Shown piece by piece: positions 42,205 to 55,845 of a stretch of 64,000 nucleotides of DNA. The position numbers and the translations under genes are program-made. The stretch is from contig OZ024742.1 of the NCBI GenBank assembly GCA_964016885.1, positions 99,758,001 through 99,822,000 of the forward strand, written 5' to 3'. Below the pieces are notes generated by a model. That model searched no databases, was not told the origin of the DNA, and saw nothing but the letters and a program-made list of their open reading frames with translations. Each line of letters opens with the position of its first letter. The stretch's first letter is position 1. The DNA comes from Eledone cirrhosa (lineage: Eukaryota).

Positions 42205-42828
42205 AAAAAGAAAGATAGAAAGAAAGATGGAAAGAAAGAAAGAAAGAATGAAAGAAAGAAAGAAAGAGAGAATGGATGAATGAAAAAAAGCTATGCGAAA
42301 AAAATATTGTGAAATAAATGAAGATTAAGACAAATATAAACTAAAAAATGAAATGTAAAAGCAAGAAATGAAAATAACAAATACGAATAGAAGTAAAGTA
42401 AGACATAGAGAAGAAAGAATTAGATCCAAATTCATGTATATAGAAATGAATAAAATAAATAATTAAATTTAACAAAAATGATTAAAGACAGAATAGAAAT
42501 ATTTTTTACTGCGAATTATGAATGAGAAAAGAAGAGAAGAAAAAGAAATACGTTGAGAGAGAAAGTAACTATAATTTCGTTATTTATACGTTTTCCTCTT
42601 CTCTGATAAGGAATGACAATTTAATGTTTTATGGATTCATGATAATAGTTAAGCAATAAGGGTGCAGTTTTGTTGTTGTTGTTAGTGGTGGTGGTGGTGG
42701 AGGTGGTGGTGGTAGTGGCGATAGTTGTTGTGGTGGTGAAAACCTCTAGTGAAGACTCATTTTAGTTTTCGTAAGTCCTTGTATGTGTAGACACATACAC
42801 ACACGCACATATACCTATATATATATAT

Positions 42829-43147
<319 letters not shown>

Positions 43148-43452
43148 GAGTGAGAGAGAGAGATTTCTAATGTGAGGGAGGACTTACCCGCCGATGAAAT
43201 GATATGGATTTGGTTATGCAATATCTGGATGGTATTACCACTGTGAATGACAGGTGCAGCTCAATGTGTCTGCCCAGTCCATATTCGCAGAAACTATTAA
43301 TAGTTCGGGATATTATGTTATGCCATTCACCATAGCTTACGTGCAGTCATTACCGATAAGGTATATAATGTGCACGCCGAGATACTTTTATGTACGTTCA
43401 GATCTTACACCTCATTGAGGTGCTATATTGTCTTTCTTCCACTGGCTTCGAT

Positions 43453-43490
<38 letters not shown>

Positions 43491-43642
43491 ACATATATAC
43501 TGTATATATATATTCGAGATTCGGGGCGCCGACTATCTAGAATATTTACCCACTAATATCACGTGTATCGAATTCTCTGCTGAATAACGGTATTATTAGT
43601 GTAAATATGGTTAAATCCTCATGTATATATATATATATATAT

Positions 43643-44625
43643 GATAATAAGGGCGCTGCGGAGTTGCAAATGGGTTACATATGAAAAAAGTTTGTCCTTC
43701 ATCAGTGATCTTCCAACCATCATAGGCATTTCATCGCTTTAAAGACCATATACCTCCTATATACTATATATGGTCTTTATTCTTTCGTTCACGATTTCAC
43801 CGAATTTAAATTCATAGAAATCTGGGACTTGTCTCTTTCTTCCTCACTTACTGTTGCTTCACCATTTTGTTTGTTTACCCTCGCGTGCCCTTTATTTACG
43901 TGTCCCAACGACTTTTTTTAGCCGTTGCTCGCACCAACCGGAGGTATATGGTCTTTAAAGCGATGAAATGCCTATGATGGTTGGAAGATCACTGATGAAG
44001 GACAAACTTTTTTCATATGTAACCCATTTGCAACTCCGCAGCGCCCTTATTATCATATTTACACATATTTTTTCCTCTACTGCTACACGTCTGTTTCGTT
44101 CTATGTATCTTTACCCTTTCTAGCAGTCTCTCTCTCTGTTAGCCTCTTCCTCACCCTTCACTCACTCATTCTCTGTCACTACCTCTCCTCCTCCTCTTTC
44201 TTCCCGTTTGACCTGTGTGTAATTCTTTTCTCCCGCACGCTGGCCAAGCTGGTATGAATTTTTCTCTCTCTCGTCTACGATTTCACAGAACTTATGTTTA
44301 CCGAATTCGCAGACTAGACCCCTTCTTCCTCCATTAGACCTGTGCGAAATTCCTTCCTTGCTCACATTTCAACCAGGTTTGATGGTCTTTAGTCTCTCGT
44401 TCACGATTTCACCGAATTTAAATTCATAGAAATCTGGGACTAGTCTCTTTCTTCCTCACTTACTGTTGCTTCACCATTTTGTTTGTTTACCCTCGCGTCC
44501 CCTTTGTTTACGTGTCCCAACGACTTTTTTTAGCCGTTGCTCGCACCAACCGGAAGTGTATGGTCTTTAAAGCGAAGAAATGCCTATGATGGTTGGAAGA
44601 TCACTGATGAAGGACAAACTTTTTT

Positions 44626-44627
<2 letters not shown>
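43643..44627. mobile_element. Inverted partial copy plus ~1.4 tandem units (period ~610 bp) in (TA)n
   Basis: 43643-43757 is inverted relative to 43940-44055. 43770-44015 is directly repeated at 44381-44627. Confidence 0.85.
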
Positions 44628-44685
<58 letters not shown>

Positions 44686-44886
44686 TAGTAATAATAATAA
44701 ATTTGAAGACTAAAAATCCAAAGAGGGCTCGATAAGGATATATATATCAAATATATAAGAACCGTAGAGCAAAATCTGTTATTTTAATATATAAATAAAT
44801 AAATATATGGTAAATTTCTTTAAGTCGTTTGGAAGCCTCGACAATGCAGATGGGTAAATCTCCGGGTAACAAGATATATATGTGTG

Positions 44887-44929
<43 letters not shown>

Positions 44930-44949
44930 ATGTGTATATATATATATGG

Positions 44950-45550
44950 TGGCTGCCAACTCGTTTTCGAGTACGGCCACTACTTTATATCCATGTAGGA
45001 GAACCCCTACCGATGCACTAAACGAGTGTGACTTTTTAGTCCAGCCAGCGACTTGAAAACTCTGGTACAAAAACTACACTTGTGACAATTATTGACACAT
45101 AGTGCTGGGCCCATGGTACCATGTGACGACAAGGGCAGAGAGATCTCCAGATATAAAGCAATGCCTGTGCGGTGAAGCTTTTATAGTGAGCAAAGGCACT
45201 GCACAAAGCCAGTCCCACTCTCTTAACCAAGATGATATTTACCAAAAAGAAGAACAAGTCAACATCATTGGATACCATCAGGGTTGCAGGTGTTATATCA
45301 GAGTTTTCCTTCTCCTAGAATTCTGCCTTGACAAAGGCTAAAGGGTCATCTCTCCCGGTGATTTTGGATGGCCATTGACTCTTAAGAGATCCTTTGCCCT
45401 TTGACAGGTTTTGTTTTTAGTCCTGCAGGATGTCCAAAGTCACCCTCCTCACCAAGAAACCTTGGTGGGGTTGCCAGTTTAGTCGCCAACGACCCGACCA
45501 TGAGACAGGTTGCACTGGGATACATGTTACCAGTAGCACCAACTGGTGAC

Positions 45551-45553
<3 letters not shown>
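44950..45553 (-). mobile_element. RTE-5'UTR-like repeat
   Basis: Similar to the 38.6 and 39.0 kb copies. GC-richer structured 5' end, TA-flanked. Confidence 0.55.
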
Positions 45554-45609
<56 letters not shown>

Positions 45610-45612
<3 letters not shown>

Positions 45613-46353
45613 CTTCCGTATTCCCAATCTTTGCTCCCAAATACAAGAAGTCGTCAACTAATTCTAGCGGCTTCCCGCTTACATTAGTAATCTTCTCTGG
45701 CTTCTTAATATTCTCTACCAGAAACTTCGTCTTAATCTCATTCATTCTCAGGCCCACATCCCACTCATCGACACAGTCTCCACCTCCTGCATCAAATCCT
45801 CTGCCTCCTTCACTGTGTTTGTCACCAGAACTATGTCATCGGTAAATTCAGTATCCGATGTCTTTTTCTGCATGAGATCGGTGTGGAAGTCGGACCTTCG
45901 TAAAGACCTGAAGATCCATCTTTTCGTTGCTCTAGTGGAGTCTGTGCTGCTGTACGGTTCTGAGACTTGGACACTGACCAAGAAACTCACTCAGATGGTG
46001 GATGGGTGCTACACGAGAATGCTGAGGATGGCTCTGAATATTAATCAGTCTACACTGAGGATGAAGGACTCAGAGCTGTACGGGAGCCTCCCAAAATTCA
46101 TTCAGTTCGAAAGTGACACAGAGGAGACTGAAGTTAGCTTGAAATGCTCACCGCATCCAGAGTTGACACTGCACTCAGTGCTCCTGTGGGAGCCCCTGCA
46201 TGGACACACTGGAAGAGGAAGACCGAGGTTAACATGTGTTGATGCCCTAATGTCAGATACTGGTCTCTTGGAGACGCAGGACATGGCAGCAATAATGAGG
46301 GACAGAGACCGCTGGAGAGATCTCGTCCATGGATCTCGGAAATTTTACCCGCC
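45610..46353. mobile_element. RTE-clade LINE 3' fragment with 5' inversion
   Basis: Minus 45610-45860 reads FTDDIVL..GLRMNEIKTK..VDDFLYLGA. Plus 45862-46353 reads VESVLLYGSETWTLT..GRGRPRLT..DRDRWR. Confidence 0.88.
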
Positions 46354-46356
46354 CTA

Positions 46357-46416
<60 letters not shown>

Positions 46417-46417
<1 letters not shown>

Positions 46418-47583
46418 TGGTAAAATTCTGTTATAACGAATACCATTATAACGAATTTTTCAGTATAACGAAATTTTTTCGATCCCCAGCCACAAGCTTA
46501 TTAAAACAGCGATAAAAGAATTTTGTTATAACGAAATTCATTACAACGAATATTTCAGTTATACGAACGAAAAATGAACCCCCGAACATCCAAAATTCCT
46601 CTCTACAGCGAAAAAAGCAAGTGTTCGACACACTCATCGCAGCGATGTGTGTGTGTTTTGTGTGACTATGTGTATTTATATTTATATACTCATACATATA
46701 TATACTTATGCATATACACACACACAATTGTAATGAATTTTCGAAATTAAGAATTTTACAGAAAGTCACGATTTAAACATTTTCGATCGATTTTAGCAGA
46801 AAGTCAAATATTTTCGAGATTAAGAATTTTACAGAAATCCACAACCAGGGTTAAAGGCAGTAGTTACCACATGGGTTATTAGACACTCTGGGTTCTAAAA
46901 CACGATATATTAACTTCCGGGCTTCCCGTATAGAGTTGGGTTTACCGGCTACGAAGCCAATTCGAAAATGATCGAAAGAACATATCTGAATCACAAACAC
47001 ACTCACATACAATAATAGATATGTAACTAAAAAATATTTTTTAAGTTTTTGAGGGTTTTTTACGCGAGTTTATAATATGACAGGAAAAAAAACGAAGGAA
47101 ACATTTGAACATATTTGAAATACAGTTGTCCCCCGCGAACAGTGAAAAACTGAGCAGTTATTGAACGTGATCCATAACAATGCATATAAATGTCAAAATA
47201 TAACGTAAAATATAGGCTGAAAATACAATATATTGTTATTAATAATTTAGCGTTGAAAAATGCGAACAAATATATATTACCACGAAAAAAAGCCATTAAA
47301 GAATCGCGGAAGTTATTTACGATTCCGAGAATATGCGGTAGTTTCCAAAAAACACTTATTAGTTTTGTTCTAAGGAAAATTTCGCGAATAACCGGGAACC
47401 CGAATGCCGGGGTACACTGTATATTTTATTGCATGATATGGTCATATTGCAGGCATGGTTTCATTCATTTATTGTTTAATTTTTAAATACGAGGTAATAA
47501 CAATCAAAAGCTCAATTTGTTTCGGCCGATCTCGTTATAACGAATTTTTTATACCCCATGAATTTCGTTATAACGAAATTTTA

Positions 47584-47586
<3 letters not shown>
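46417..47586. mobile_element. Tc1/mariner (pogo/Tigger-like) non-autonomous element
   Basis: TIRs approximating CAGTAAAATTTCGTTATAACGAA (left copy diverged), subterminal GTTATAACGAA repeats, TA on both sides. Confidence 0.8.
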
Positions 47587-47624
<38 letters not shown>

Positions 47625-48599
47625 TATATACAAATATATGGATATATATATATGTGTGTGACAAAAATACTTCCGTTCTCACTGTAACCATACACGAATT
47701 GAAGAATCCTTCGTGTGTTCTCCAGTATGGTTTGCTGTGTTGCAGAGCTAACTCTATACTCTATACTAAACTCGTCCTTTTGATATATATATACGTGTGT
47801 GTGTGTGTTTGTGTGTGCACGAGTCAGCCGAAGTATATGGCAAAATTATAATTATATCTGTATATATACAGTTCAGAATTAACATTAAATATCTAAATAT
47901 GATAACGTGTCAAAATTGCGTATTTTAAAGGGAAATCTTGATGAATATCTTTAATCTATTATCAATCCTTATTGGGTTCTCACCGAGAAATATCTTCATC
48001 AGCTTCATAATTTCACGGAAATACCTAACTGGAAGGCTTGTATACCCTATCGCATATAATTTGTATATTATTAGAGTTTGTGATGGTAGTTAATTTCCAT
48101 ATATATTACATTAGACACTAAGCCACTATTACGAATTGAAATTATTCAATATTACAAATGACTAGCATAATTACTTATAATAATATAAGCATCGAGGCAC
48201 AATATTTAGCTTAAGAAAATTAAATTAGATAATAAATTACACAGTCTGGCTAAACAAAATTGTTCGTTATGATTAAGAATTATAAAAATAATGTTTGACT
48301 GGAATCTAAAAATGTGTGTTAATTAATTTTACAGAAACTGAAATACAAGAATATCCCACGTAATACGAATGACATGAAGATTGACACTAGACTCAAGCAT
48401 TGGAATAACTGTATTACAGTAATTGATTGGTTAGTGTATATATGAACCCGTAACTCCTGTGGGAGCTGGGCATAGTGACATAGCAATTCTAGGGTATTTA
48501 TAAACCTGGTGGAGTCCTCCCCTCTCTAGCAGATTTCTTCCAGAAAAAATAGAGAGTGAGAGAAAGGGATTGAGATAGAGATATAGAGGAAGAATCAAG

Positions 48600-48885
48600 C
48601 ACGGTACTAGACTGTTACATTTTATCGACCTAAAATGGATGAAAGCCAAAGCTGAACTTAATGGGATTCGAATTCGGAGAGCAGACATTCGAGACGAATA
48701 CTGCAAAGCATTCTATCCGACGTTCTAACGACTCTGCCAATTTGCCGCCCAATTGATTGGTTTAATAGTATTAATAATGGTTTCTTATATAGGAACAAGG
48801 CCTGCAATTTTGGGGGAGAGGAAAGTCGATTAAATCGACCCCAGTGCATGACTGGTATTTTATTTTATCGACCCCGTGAGGATGA
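48600..48885 (-). mobile_element. Two decayed family A-related SINE pieces
   Basis: 'ttttatcgacc..ggatga' appears twice and there is a tRNA-like head near 48740. Confidence 0.7.
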
Positions 48886-49449
48886 GCAAAACGTAGACAA
48901 TTTGAAATAGTCAAATTTTATACTACGATTTCTAAATCTCTCCTCATCAGCCCAGTAGACTTCCTTCTATTAGGTACATAAACATGTAGATCAAAGGTTC
49001 TCAACCCATTTTGGCCAAACGAAATCACGAAAAGCCCCCCTACCCTATTTATCCATTTTTCAATATACTACTGATTTTGATATCAGTAGATTACTGGGTC
49101 AAATCAAGTTATCTTAGATTCTTTAAAAAATACTCGTACGAATTAAATACAAAAAAGTTTCAGTTCCAAACAAAAGCAAGCTATTTCAAATTATATATTT
49201 TTGAAATAAAAAAAAAACATTAAATATCCCACTTCGTTGACAATCTTCTTTAATTTATTTTCTTTGTTTTCTTCATTCAAATCACTGACTGTCTAAGAGA
49301 CATACCAATATGACTTATGAAACTTACCAAACTAAAGGAGCTTCTAGCGCCCTCAAAGTTTCAAATGCCCCCTTACTGCATAACGCCCCCCGTTGAGAAC
49401 CTTTAATGTAGATGATAACGATATGGCTATCATTATATATTCTCGAAAG

Positions 49450-49615
49450 GGCGGTGGATTGGCAGTATCGGTAGACGCCATGCTTTCCAGCATAGTTACG
49501 ATCTGAGTTCAAATCCCGCCGAGGTTGACTTTGCCTTTCATCCTTACGGGGTCGATAATATAAAGTAACAGTAATGCACTGGGTAATTGCTGGCCTTGTG
49601 CCTAAAGTAGAAACA
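49450..49615 (+). mobile_element. tRNA-SINE family A with 18-bp TSD
   Basis: TSD attatatattctcgaaag at 49432 and 49616. Confidence 0.92.
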
Positions 49616-50168
49616 ATTATATATTCTCGAAAGACTATGATTCAGCCAATGTCAAAACATTAGATCTTAAAAATCTAATCCATTCTAGTACGGACCCGTC
49701 CGAAAATTAAAATATTTACGTTTTCGTCGGCATATTTATAAGATTGGCACTAGGAAAAAAATACCCTATCAAATAGCTGAATATTAAGATGTGATGGGCT
49801 GACCATATCACAAGATGCCAGTGGAAACACACTAGACAAATCTTGGAAAAGACTCATTAGACACTTTAAGAATTTCGAAATATCACTACTAATCATATAA
49901 TCGTAAATTTTCTTAGACGACACCCAAAATAAGTAGTTAACTAAAACAGATATTTATCGCCACAGATAAATATAAATCTTAGAGAAAAAAATCATACACT
50001 AATACTGTTTTCTACCATAGGCACCCATGTTGTTTTAAAAACATAATCTTCTGATACATACATGTGGAGAATCCTTACTTCAGACGTGGCTAGACATATC
50101 TTCTGAAGATAAATCCGGTTTTTAAATCTGTCATAAAACTATTGCTAACTATCTTTATATATATATAT

Positions 50169-50227
<59 letters not shown>

Positions 50228-50265
50228 TGAGAAAAACCACAGACCCCCCCCCCATCTCAACTCTA

Positions 50266-50301
50266 CTTTTGAAAAGCAGAAGAACTGCGAAACCGGTAAA
50301 G
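50266..50301 (+). ncRNA. Minimal HHR, U3-A8 variant, in pLTR-like fragment 50225-50417
   Basis: cuu-UUGAAAA-GCAG aagaa CUGC-GAAA-CCGG-UA^-aag. Confidence 0.7.
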
Positions 50302-50415
50302 GAACCAAATAAATATATATATATATTTTTTAATAAGCCTCCAGTTGCATTTTCGATTTCACTCGTGGAGGACACCTCGATTATTTTTCATTTTGTAAAA
50401 AAACCTCACTTTCTC

Positions 50416-50492
<77 letters not shown>

Positions 50493-50499
50493 TACATTC

Positions 50500-50545
<46 letters not shown>

Positions 50546-50919
50546 TCATATGTATGTGGACGTGGAGTGATGTGTGGGCACGTCAATATCTAATTATAAA
50601 TGTCTATGAATATATGCATGTTTGGTGTGGTGTGAATGAATCATGATGTATATGATGCGTGGATGGAGGCGATCTGTGTGTGGTGAAACCTTCATTTGTA
50701 TACTTAACTATCAAAAGTTCACTTAGCGTGGCAGAGAGTGATAAGGTCTTGAACAGAAGTGTTGATATGTAGATGAGCATGTGATAACTGACATACTTAA
50801 CATGTCATCTCACAACTGGGTGGGTTTTTATATTAGAAGAAGTGAGGAGTAAAATGGCTTTATAAAAGTTAGTGGGCTGTGCAATAAAATGCATATATAT
50901 ATAAACATATATATATATA

Positions 50920-50973
<54 letters not shown>

Positions 50974-51054
50974 GGAATACTGTTGGCTTTTTGCTACAAT
51001 ATTTTCTATACCTTTCATTTATATATATATGTGTGTGTGTGTTTATATATATAT

Positions 51055-51218
51055 AATTGTTTCTACTTTTGGCACAAGGCCAGCAAATACACAGTACATT
51101 ACTGGTACTTTATTTTATCGACCCCGTAAGGATGAAAGGCAAAGTTAAACTCGGCGGGATTTGAACTCAGAATGCCAAGGGACGTAACTCTATGCGTCAA
51201 AGCATGGCGTCCGGCCCT
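51055..51218 (-). mobile_element. tRNA-SINE family A (head cut by an inverted repeat)
   Basis: Reverse complement of the 26158 copy. Confidence 0.88.
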
Positions 51219-51286
51219 TCGGTAGTGGTACACTTTTCTCTCGGCCGTCAAATACGCCCGGATCTCTCTCTCCCTATATATATATC

Positions 51287-51344
<58 letters not shown>

Positions 51345-51387
51345 GGTGCGTATTTGACGGCCGAGAGTAAAGTGTACCACTACCGAA
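51218..51387. repeat. Inverted repeat enclosing a TA/GA microsatellite
   Basis: 'ttcggtagtggtacactt..ctcggccgtcaaatacgc' versus its reverse complement at 51348-51387. A decayed HHR-like motif lies on the minus strand at ~51432-51478. Confidence 0.75.
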
Positions 51388-51496
51388 TTAGAATTTAATT
51401 ATTCATTTTATTAAGACTACATAGTGATTCTTGTTACACTGGAGTTTCGCCTATTTACCACAGGGACATCAATGAAGATATATACATATATATATA

Positions 51497-51715
51497 GTTA
51501 ATAAATGAAGAAAGAACACAGGAAACAAAATGACACAGTTACATTAGGTTCACGCTTGAAGGAATTAGAGAGAGTTTCAACGTTTCGGATAGAAATCCTT
51601 GTTCAGGAAAGTTCGGATGAGGAGAGAACAGATAGGCGTAGGAGTAGTGTGGGAAGGTTAGGAAAGGAAGTTAAGAAAAAAGAGGTTTGGAAGAAGGAAT
51701 GGTGGGGGGTGGAAT
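51497..51715 (-). mobile_element. Neptune-type PLE pLTR fragment with HHR at 51575-51610 (G8>C)
   Basis: uuuc-CUGAACA-A-GGAU uucu AUCC-GAAA-CG-UU^-gaaa, followed by AAGCGTGAACCTAAT as at 16442 and 28787. Confidence 0.75.
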
Positions 51716-51723
51716 GTCCCCAA

Positions 51724-52401
51724 GGGACCAGATTCGCTAAGGTGAAAAAAATACTAACTATAGACAATAGGGTTTGTCAGACTCAATTTAAGAATAAATC
51801 AAGAAAATAAATACAAATCGGAATTGTGGTAACTACCAATCACCCAGACAGCATTTGGCTATGCTGTTTCGCAAATTAATTGTGAAGAGGAATACCGATT
51901 CTTGGTCGTCAGTGGGTGAAGTATTAGTATCCTGGTCACTTCTAACTATATTAAAAAACTGAATAGTGTGCGTATATATAATAACGCACATGGTATCGGA
52001 ACTTAGCGTGTCTCACAAACTCCCACTACTAAAAATAGCAGCCAGGTTTACTCGACATTTGAATTAGCTCAACAATTTAACGGAGCCGAATATATCAAAG
52101 GCAAGGCATGTATTGAGTTAGACACTCAAAATAGTCTCTTACAATAAAATAGCTCTAGGAAAGAGATTTGTATTTATTTTCTTGATTTATTCTTAAATTG
52201 AGCCTGGCAAATCCTATTGTCAATAGTTTGTATTTTTTCACCTTAGCGAATCTGTTCCCTTACGATTTGAACACATATATGTATATGTCTGTGTTTATCT
52301 TTCTTCTATATTCAATTATAATATACGGCTCGTATATTATTGGTATTATAGGTATTTTATTGTAAGCGACTATTTTGAGTTTCTAACTCAATATATACCT
52401 T

Positions 52402-52407
<6 letters not shown>
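51724..52407. mobile_element. Interleaved inverted repeats around an HHR
   Basis: 51724-51820 pairs with 52164-52260, and 52092-52150 pairs with 52353-52407. Confidence 0.75.
51840..51919 (-). ncRNA. Type I HHR with full stem III
   Basis: ucaccca-CUGACGA-(stem II)-GAAA-CAGCAU agccaa AUGCUG-UC^-uggguga. Confidence 0.88.
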
Positions 52408-52499
<92 letters not shown>

Positions 52500-52552
52500 G
52501 TAAATATATATGTAAATCTCTATATATATATATCTATATATATATATATATG

Positions 52553-52712
<160 letters not shown>

Positions 52713-52721
52713 CATATATAT

Positions 52722-52791
<70 letters not shown>

Positions 52792-52799
52792 ATGCGGTA

Positions 52800-52875
<76 letters not shown>

Positions 52876-53239
52876 ATACAATAACAGAGATAGTTTAAAG
52901 CTAAACTCTGACTGGTAACCATCTCACTCAACAAACATTAGGTTATATTAAAATATAAACCCAATTTAAGTGTTTGGGGTGCTAACAAAATGTATAATGT
53001 GGAAAAAACCAGTTGTATTATTTTATGAGATATAATTAAAGTTAAAGTATATCTCTCTTTCCAAACAATTGTTTCATTATAAGTTTTCTACAAGTTTGGG
53101 AGAATGTTTCCAGTTTATGTAGAAGCCTAATATATATTCATGTAAGAATATATTTAGGTGGGCACTTATAAATTGTCTGTGGAAGCCCATTAAACATTGA
53201 TATAAGAAAACAAATTTCTTACCGCTGTCATATATATAT

Positions 53240-53372
53240 GAAGGCGTATGGCTGAATTGGTTAGAGAATTGTGTTCACAATCGTGAGGTTATGAGTTCGA
53301 TTCCCGGATCGGGTGATGCGTTATGTCCTTGAGCAAGACACTTTATTTCACATTGCTCCTTCTACCTGGAGT
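53240..53372 (+). mobile_element. tRNA-SINE family B head
   Basis: tggctgaattggttagag..gagttcgattcccgg..gtccttgagcaagacac. Confidence 0.8.
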
Positions 53373-53481
53373 TGCGACCGATAGATAGTATCAGCAATTG
53401 GAAAGACCAATGGAAACATTGTTTCCTTGGTCCGATTTGACGAAAGTCGATCGAAAAAAAAATATATATATATATACATAT

Positions 53482-53556
<75 letters not shown>

Positions 53557-54182
53557 GTCTGTGTGTGTGCGCGTGTGTGGGTGTGTGTGTGTTTGTGTGC
53601 GTATGTATGTATATATGTAGGTTGTTCCACAACAGTTAATTCACCATTTCTGAGAACAATCGTTTCACCTTATTTGGATCATCAGCTTGGTTTGAATGAG
53701 ATTATATGGAAAAGGAAACCCAATTATACGAATACGCATGTGCAGAAGAAGTCACTTCCCAAAGGGGAGTTATATCATGTTAGATCGATGAGGGAAAACA
53801 ACCGCGAAAACTCAGAATATAATAGATTATTCATATTATTCAGTCCAGTGATTTGATGAGTTTCCATCCAGAGGAAACACAGAAAGTTAATAAAGAATGA
53901 CACCAAGAATAAAGTGATTGAATGCATGTGACCGTAGTTTATACCGCAACATCGATATATACAAACAGGTCGAATATTTACCTGCACAATCTCGAAAAGA
54001 CAAGAATAGATAAAAATCCGATAAAATTCTTTCAATAGGTTTCTGGGATACGCGGAGATTACATCACCGTTTGCTCAATGTATACGCAAGTTATAGATGC
54101 ATCGATTGGTGGAACAGGAATGTCCTTCCCATGGGATGTTTCTTTCCAGGATATCCGACTTAGTCCGGTCGATAAAAGGCAA

Positions 54183-54222
<40 letters not shown>

Positions 54223-54374
54223 CTGTGTGTGCGTGCGTGCATGTGTTAATTAGTTACCGACACTTCATTATGTAGGGTTGAGCACTCAACGAAGTGCGCA
54301 GGTGTGTCTGTTTACTCCGGAGTAATTTAAAAACAAGAAGTGTAAGTTAACAGGTTATAATTAAAAACGTAGTT

Positions 54375-54404
<30 letters not shown>

Positions 54405-54407
<3 letters not shown>

Positions 54408-54857
54408 GTATACGTACATACATACTGTATATGTATACAGACGTACAGTAGTATGTATATATACATACATGCACACATATATATATGTACGTATCGGTTT
54501 ACTGAACATTTATTATAATGCTCGGTTTGTTTGTAACAACGATGCTGACGATAGCTAATAAGCTTGAAACTAGTACATCGTTCCTGTGTCAGTGTTGAAC
54601 AAAAAGGTGTCGATGATTGCCTGAACACTGTACGGCGTAATTCGGGCTGTTTGTTTGTTTACAAACAAACCGAGCATTATAATAAATGTTCGGTAAACCC
54701 ATACGTACATATATATATATGTGTGCATGTATATATATACATACTACTGTACGTCTGTATACATATATGTATGTACGTATACATACATACTTACATTTAA
54801 GTACCAGCCGTACTAAGAGTGAGAAAAGAAATTTCGTTTCATTCTTTTCCATTTATC

Positions 54858-54860
<3 letters not shown>
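54405..54860. mobile_element. Fold-back element with the HHR in the loop
   Basis: Arms ~54408-54536 and ~54659-54781, a right tail of ~75 bp, and TA flanks. Confidence 0.8.
54538..54582 (+). ncRNA. Type I minimal hammerhead ribozyme
   Basis: aacgaug-CUGACGA-U-AGCU aaua AGCU-U-GAAA-CUAG-UA^-caucguu, with a 7-bp stem I and palindromic stem-loop III. Confidence 0.92.
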
Positions 54861-54940
<80 letters not shown>

Positions 54941-55845
54941 AGATGGATTGAGAGACATATATATATAAGTGTGCGGGTGTGTGCGGGCGTCTAGGGGGAG
55001 GGTATATGTGTGTGTGTAACAATATCTGTAGGAGAGTAAAGGAATAAAACAGTTTCCAATCGGGAAGAGAGCTGAAATATATTATTTATTTATGTTCGTA
55101 CGCGCAAAAGCGCTACCTAATGTTTAAAGGCCCAATATTGACAATATCTCCAGAATATAAGAGCGATCAAAATTGTGACATAATCTTCAGGCGCTTATAC
55201 AAGTTTATAAGAATCCGCAATGCGTGTTAAAATGCTAGTTTAGAAAAAGCATATCCGAAGAAAAGGAAATAACTACAAGATGTAAATTTTAAAAAGTGAA
55301 ATCGTACACCTGCCAGTGTTTGTAGGCTATAGCAGAAGTATATAATTATGTGGTGGAATGTAATATAGAGATAGCAATAAAGGTATGTGGTAGAGTAGGA
55401 TAGAAGGTACATTGTATTATATAAGTATGGAAAGAGAAAGCGAGAGATAATAAGAAAATATATAAATCAAATTAAGTTGTCTGAAAATCAGTCAAATTTG
55501 TTGAGTATTACCACTTAACAATCAGTTGGCTTTTGAGATGGAGGCGTCATCTAAAAATGTCGCTCTTTGAGTTAGTTCGCAGAGGACAAATCTTGTAATA
55601 TTCTCACTAAAGTTAAGATTAATGTAGGTAATAATTACTCACTAAAGTTAAGATTAATGTAGGTAAGAAATGTTTAGATTTAATAGATATACATTTCCGA
55701 TCACAACTTAAATACAGTAAAATATTCAATCGCAATTCCATCAAAATATCTTATTCAGATAACTTCCCAAGTGTGGAAGAATTGTTTTGCTTTATTATAG
55801 AACAATATATTCTCCTCGAAATGTTAATAATAATCATCCTTCCAT

